Position numbers and translations under genes: made by a program. The notes below the pieces were generated by a model that was not told the DNA's origin, ran no database searches, and was given only the letters and a program-made list of their open reading frames with translations. From an uncultured Cytophagales bacterium (lineage in GTDB: Bacteria > Bacteroidota > Bacteroidia > Cytophagales > Cyclobacteriaceae): a stretch of 32,000 bases of DNA. The DNA is taken from the NCBI GenBank assembly GCA_963787095.1, contig CAWBCB010000152.1, forward strand, positions 5,119 to 37,118. The letters run 5' to 3'. Below are positions 27,909 to 32,000 of the stretch, piece by piece (positions within the stretch are counted from its first letter, which is position 1; each line of letters opens with the position of its first letter).

Positions 27909-29363
27909 TTATTCTACAATTGTCCCAATCAACGTTCCGCTTGTGCAACGATCAATAAATACATTGACGTATTCGCCCTTCTTTTTATTTCCTTTTGGGA
28001 AAACGGCTACATGGTTGGATGAAATTCGTCCTTGCCAGTGATCCGCACTTTTTTTCGATTCTCCTTCAATTAAAACGCGCTGTGTAGTTCCAACATCCAT
28101 TTGATGATGAAGATGCGAGTGCTGTCTTTGCTTTGCGATAATTTCTTCGAGTCTTCTGTTCTTAACGTCAAGGGGAATGTCATCGGCAAGTTTTTTTGCT
28201 GCTGGAGTTCCTGGTCGTTCAGAGTATGAAAACATATAAGCATAGTCATACTTTACAAGGTCCATCAGCGTAAGTGTCTCCTGATGTTCTTCTTCTGTTT
28301 CGCTGCAAAAACCAGAAATCATGTCTGATGAAATTCCACATTCCTCACCTAATATGGTGCGAATGCGTTTTATTTTTTCCAAATACCATTCGCGCGTATA
28401 CCCGCGATTCATTAATTCTAAAATACGACTGCTACCACTTTGTGCGGGGAGGTGAATGTACTTGCAAATATTTTCGTGCTTAGCCATTACATGCAGCACT
28501 TCATCTGTAATATCTTTAGGGTGAGAAGTGGAGAATCGGATTCTTAAATCTGAATTCACTTGGGCAACTAACTCCAACAAGTTGGCGAACGTAACAACTT
28601 GCTGAATACCGTTTTTCTCAAGTCGAGCTTTATTATTTTCTTCAGCACTCCATTTGTATGAGTCTACATTTTGACCTAACAATGTTACCTCGCGAAAGCC
28701 CCGATTGAAAAGATCATGCGCTTCAGCAACTATAGATTGTGGATCACGGCTTCTTTCACGGCCGCGTGTATAAGGAACCACACAGAATGAACACATGTTA
28801 TCGCATCCGCGCATAATAGAAATGAATGCGGTAACTCCATTTGTTCCTAATCGAACGGGAGTGATGTCACCATATGTTTCTTCACGCGATAAAAAAGTAT
28901 TTACAGCTTTATCGCCATCATCTACTTTGGCAATAAGCGCAGGCAAATCTCGATAAGCATCAGGACCAGCAACCAAATCAACAATTTTCTCTTCTTCAAG
29001 CAATTGAGTCTTTAAGCGCTCGGCCATGCAACCCAAAATACCCACCATCATTTCTGGTTTCTTTTTCTTAAAACCATGGATTTGAGTAAGGCGGTTGCGA
29101 ACAGTTTGTTCCGCTTTTTCGCGAATAGAACACGTGTTTAGAAAAACCACATCGGCCTGAGCAAGATCAGAGGTAGTATCAAAGCCATCATTTTCAAGAA
29201 TGGACGCCACAATCTCGCTATCAGCGAAATTCATCTGGCAGCCATAACTTTCTATGTATAGCTTTCTGTTTTTACCGGTATTACTTTCTCCGGTAACTCT
29301 TATTGCTTCATTAACTGTAGTTTCACCTTCTATAATTGCTATATCGTCAATCAAATTCTTCAT
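27909..29363 (-). CDS. miaB: tRNA (N6-isopentenyl-A37) methylthiotransferase MiaB
   Basis: N-terminal UPF0004 domain ([15 protein letters not shown]), radical-SAM CxxxCxxC (GCDNMCSFC) and a C-terminal TRAM domain. I prefer the ATG at 29363 (MKNLIDD). Confidence 0.95.
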   Translation of the reverse strand: MKNLIDDIAIIEGETTVNEAIRVTGESNTGKNRKLYIESYGCQMNFADSEIVASILENDGFDTTSDLAQADVVFLNTCSIREKAEQTVRNRLTQIHGFKKKKPEMMVGILGCMAERLKTQLLEEEKIVDLVAGPDAYRDLPALIAKVDDGDKAVNTFLSREETYGDITPVRLGTNGVTAFISIMRGCDNMCSFCVVPYTRGRERSRDPQSIVAEAHDLFNRGFREVTLLGQNVDSYKWSAEENNKARLEKNGIQQVVTFANLLELVAQVNSDLRIRFSTSHPKDITDEVLHVMAKHENICKYIHLPAQSGSSRILELMNRGYTREWYLEKIKRIRTILGEECGISSDMISGFCSETEEEHQETLTLMDLVKYDYAYMFSYSERPGTPAAKKLADDIPLDVKNRRLEEIIAKQRQHSHLHHQMDVGTTQRVLIEGESKKSADHWQGRISSNHVAVFPKGNKKKGEYVNVFIDRCTSGTLIGTIVE

Positions 29364-29497
29364 TCTGCCTACATTGAAACGCAAAATTAACACATTTTAA
29401 ACTTTTGGTGACATCTTGTCAGTTATGATTTTACATTTCTTCATAAGATTGCTTTAATGCTATTTTCAAGTAGTTTTAGCCTTGATTCAAGGAAGAA

Positions 29498-30007
29498 ATG
29501 GCAATTGTTAAAACAGTAAGGGGGTTCACGCCTAAGTTTGGAGCAAACTACTTTTTGGCTGACAATGCAGTGGTGGTTGGCGATGTTACGATGGGCGATA
29601 ACTGTACGGTTTGGTTTAATGCTGTGGTTCGTGGTGATGTTAACTCGATCACGATTGGAGACAACACCAATATTCAGGATGGAGCCATTATTCATTGTAC
29701 CTACCAGCAAGCAAAAACTGTAATTGGAAGTAATGTTTCCATTGCTCATAATGCAATTGTTCATGGGTGTACTGTGGAAGATAATGTGCTAATAGGTATG
29801 AGCGCTGTTATCATGGATCATGCAGTAATAGGAGCAGGGTCAGTGATAGCCGCTGGTGCGATTGTACTTCCTAAAACAATCGTTGAGCCGGGAAGTGTTT
29901 ATGCAGGCATTCCAGCAAAAAAGGTAAAGGATGTAGGTGAAGAGATGGAGGCAGTTATAGTCCGAACTGCTAAAAATTATCCTATGTATGCCGAGTGGTT
30001 TAAATAA
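29498..30007 (+). CDS. gamma-class carbonic anhydrase family (left-handed beta-helix, YrdA/PaaY-like) protein
   Basis: 169 aa. Hexapeptide repeats with the conserved VVRGD...I.IG..TNIQDG...H pattern. Confidence 0.9.
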   Translation: MAIVKTVRGFTPKFGANYFLADNAVVVGDVTMGDNCTVWFNAVVRGDVNSITIGDNTNIQDGAIIHCTYQQAKTVIGSNVSIAHNAIVHGCTVEDNVLIGMSAVIMDHAVIGAGSVIAAGAIVLPKTIVEPGSVYAGIPAKKVKDVGEEMEAVIVRTAKNYPMYAEWFK

Positions 30008-30025
30008 GATTTTAATTCGAGAGTA

Positions 30026-30574
30026 ATGAAAAATAAGGGTTTCGATAAAGAGACTATTGCTGAGTATAAAAAAAGAATCATCGCATCAGGCAAGAATTTT
30101 ATTCTTGATGGAGAAGATGAGAATTCGGAGGAGTATGCACACTTCTTCTTTATTGGAACTCACGAAGGAGAGGAAGTTATTTTTGATAGTGTTCTGTATA
30201 CCCTTCGGCTTCAGCATGAAAGCGAACTCTTTGATGTGGCTGAGCAAAGAGCTGCGCAGCAGTTTCCTCATTATGAAAAGTTAAGCTATGAAGAGGATGA
30301 AAACGGAGACCTAAAAACGCTTAACAGTCAGGAGGAAGAAATAGGGTTATACCTGGCCGAGGTAATGGTGGAGTTGCAGGAAGAAGATTCTGTAAAGGTT
30401 AGCGAGCATGTTGATTTAGATCTGGAACATGAATTTGGTATTGGATTGGATGCCGGGCTGCATATTGAGCACGTGACCCCAGAAATCATCCAGCGGTTTA
30501 TTAAGGACTTCAATGCAGATGCACTTTCGCTGGATGATACCCTGTATTCTTTTCAGTTAGAGGCTGACGATTGA
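30026..30574 (+). CDS. acidic hypothetical protein
   Basis: 182-aa ORF, strongly Glu/Asp-rich, lying 18 nt after the preceding gene. No family recognised. Confidence 0.7.
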   Translation: MKNKGFDKETIAEYKKRIIASGKNFILDGEDENSEEYAHFFFIGTHEGEEVIFDSVLYTLRLQHESELFDVAEQRAAQQFPHYEKLSYEEDENGDLKTLNSQEEEIGLYLAEVMVELQEEDSVKVSEHVDLDLEHEFGIGLDAGLHIEHVTPEIIQRFIKDFNADALSLDDTLYSFQLEADD

Positions 30575-30656
30575 TTTTGCCTATTCTGATTTAGAGAACC
30601 CCAGAAAATTCCCAAATAAGTATATCTTTGCGCCCCTAAATAAGTTAAAATAACCC

Positions 30657-31286
30657 ATGAAAAATCTTTCTCTCGCCCTAAGTTCACTAGCATTGGTTGC
30701 TGTTGGGGTTTTGTATTTCCTTCATTTTTCTTCAAATGGAACTTCTACTTCTTCTTCTGAAGTGGTGAGACCTGGCGATTTCCAAATAGCCTATATTAAT
30801 TCAGATTCCGTGCTTAAACATTATGAATTTGTTAAGGTAAACATGGAAAAATTAGAGGCAAAAGGAAAAAAATTGGATCAGGATCTTCAGAACCGGGCTC
30901 AAAGTTTACAAAATGATATCACTGCCTACCAGCGTAACTATGGCAATATGACCATTGGCCAGGCAAAAGCAGTTGAAGAGGATCTTGGCAAAAAACGCCA
31001 GAATCTTGAAATGTATCAACGTGGGCTGGAGCAGGAAATAATGACTGAGCAATCGGTGATGACAGAAGATTTATACAAGAAAATTACGGCTTACCTAAAA
31101 GTTTATGCAGAGGAAAAGCAACTGCAGGTGGTGTTTAAGTATAATCCAGGCAGCGACCTCTTGTATGGTGGTGCAAGCATTGATATTACCAACGAGGTGA
31201 TTGCGGGGTTGAATGATATTTATAAGAAAGATCAAGCAGCAGGAGCAAAAGTAAAATCTGACACTACTTCGACTAAGAAAAAGTAA
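30657..31286 (+). CDS. OmpH/Skp-family periplasmic chaperone
   Basis: 209 aa. A signal peptide is followed by a long coiled-coil region (KLEAKGKKLDQDLQNRAQSLQNDITAYQRN...) and a C-terminal beta segment (VVFKYNPGSDLLYGG), typical of OmpH. Confidence 0.88.
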   Translation: MKNLSLALSSLALVAVGVLYFLHFSSNGTSTSSSEVVRPGDFQIAYINSDSVLKHYEFVKVNMEKLEAKGKKLDQDLQNRAQSLQNDITAYQRNYGNMTIGQAKAVEEDLGKKRQNLEMYQRGLEQEIMTEQSVMTEDLYKKITAYLKVYAEEKQLQVVFKYNPGSDLLYGGASIDITNEVIAGLNDIYKKDQAAGAKVKSDTTSTKKK

Positions 31287-31304
31287 TAAGTAAGAACTCA
31301 GTTG

Positions 31305-31340
31305 AAAGCCATCCAAACAAAAAATTGGGTGGCTTTTTTT
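31305..31340 (+). terminator. intrinsic terminator
   Basis: AAAGCCATCC-N12-GGGTGGCTTT with one G.U pair, followed by a T-run ending at 31340. It lies 19 nt after the stop at 31286. Confidence 0.8.
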
Positions 31341-31434
31341 GTTTCCTGTTTTATATTCTAATTTCAAATCGTGGAATATCTGTGGTAAAGAAATATAACG
31401 AAGTGTGCTACATCTTATTAAAAATCGTTAACAC

Positions 31435-32000
31435 ATGAAAAAGAATGCACTTGCATTTTTAGGTGTTAGAGCGGAAGAGCAAACGCAGGTTTTGCTGATG
31501 CTAACAACAGGTTTTTTTATAGGCATTTTTATTGCCACCTATCAGGTAACAGCCGAATCACTTTTCCTAAATAAACTGAGTGATCAATTAGATAAAGCCT
31601 TTTTGATTTCTGGTGTTTTGGGGATCGTGTCAACTATTATCTTTTCCTTTTTTCAGAATCGGATCAGATTTGTTACGCTAACCATTGCCAGTATTGTGCT
31701 AATCGTATTGGCAACATTTGGATTATATTATTTCTATCATAACTCAAACGAAAACATTCAGAATGGAACCTTGTTCTTGATGTATTGTTTGATAGGCCCA
31801 ATGACTGCGATCTTACTCCTTTGTTATTGGGGTATCTTTGGTAGGTTATTCAATTTTAAACAATCGAAGCGGATAATCGGGTGGATTGACACAGGCCAGT
31901 TGATCGCCATTATCCTTGCCAACTTTTTAATCCCCTTCACAACAAACTTATTTCCAGACACTTCTAACTATTTGATGGTATGTAATATAAGCATCATTGG
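31435..32000 (+). CDS. polytopic membrane transporter, MFS / TLC (ATP:ADP antiporter)-like, N-terminal part only (runs off the window)
   Basis: ATG at 31435. I checked the frame by hand and it stays open for all 188 codons to the window end. The product (MKKNALAFLGVRAEEQTQVLLMLTTGFFIGIF...) shows at least 4 hydrophobic helices. It is not in the supplied ORF track because no stop is present. Confidence 0.7.
   Translation, partial: MKKNALAFLGVRAEEQTQVLLMLTTGFFIGIFIATYQVTAESLFLNKLSDQLDKAFLISGVLGIVSTIIFSFFQNRIRFVTLTIASIVLIVLATFGLYYFYHNSNENIQNGTLFLMYCLIGPMTAILLLCYWGIFGRLFNFKQSKRIIGWIDTGQLIAIILANFLIPFTTNLFPDTSNYLMVCNISII

Noticed and set aside
23848-29393. Longest-ORF starts from the track (23848, 26765, 27948, 29393)
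   Set aside because: Each would create large overlaps with neighbouring genes or add non-signal residues ahead of a signal peptide. The internal starts at 23974, 26663 (TTG), 27906 and 29363 give tight, non-overlapping gene packing.

Overview
About 32 kb of what looks like a Bacteroidota chromosome. The assignment is inferred from gene content: DUF4136/DUF4142/DUF4230-type lipoproteins, an 800-aa FtsX-type permease, the miaB / sigma-54 activator / lptE / secG / groES-groEL neighbourhood, lipobox signal peptides, and no Shine-Dalgarno sequences before starts. I support about 29 protein-coding genes, mostly housekeeping, transport and envelope functions, plus one CDS running off the right edge. 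By eye I found no rRNA, tRNA, cas genes, transposases or integrases. Two things stand out. (1) Two long gene-free stretches (740-2804 and 5492-6849) are filled with hairpin-rich, modular tandem repeats. One is a 198-bp head+tail unit array present in two duplicated blocks. The other is a 256-bp unit present as three direct copies preceded by a mosaic of related hairpin modules in both orientations. Neither has the repeat/unique-spacer logic of CRISPR, and neither is credibly coding. The second array ends 150 bp upstream of a stand-alone DUF5706/PycTM-like (Pycsar-effector-type) membrane protein that has no cyclase partner in the window. (2) Four frame disruptions hit otherwise well-conserved genes: groEL, a FabH-like KAS III (twice, compensating), and a small secreted protein. 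These are more likely sequence-quality problems than biology and should be checked against reads. All family assignments come from motif recognition in the supplied translations. No database search was run.
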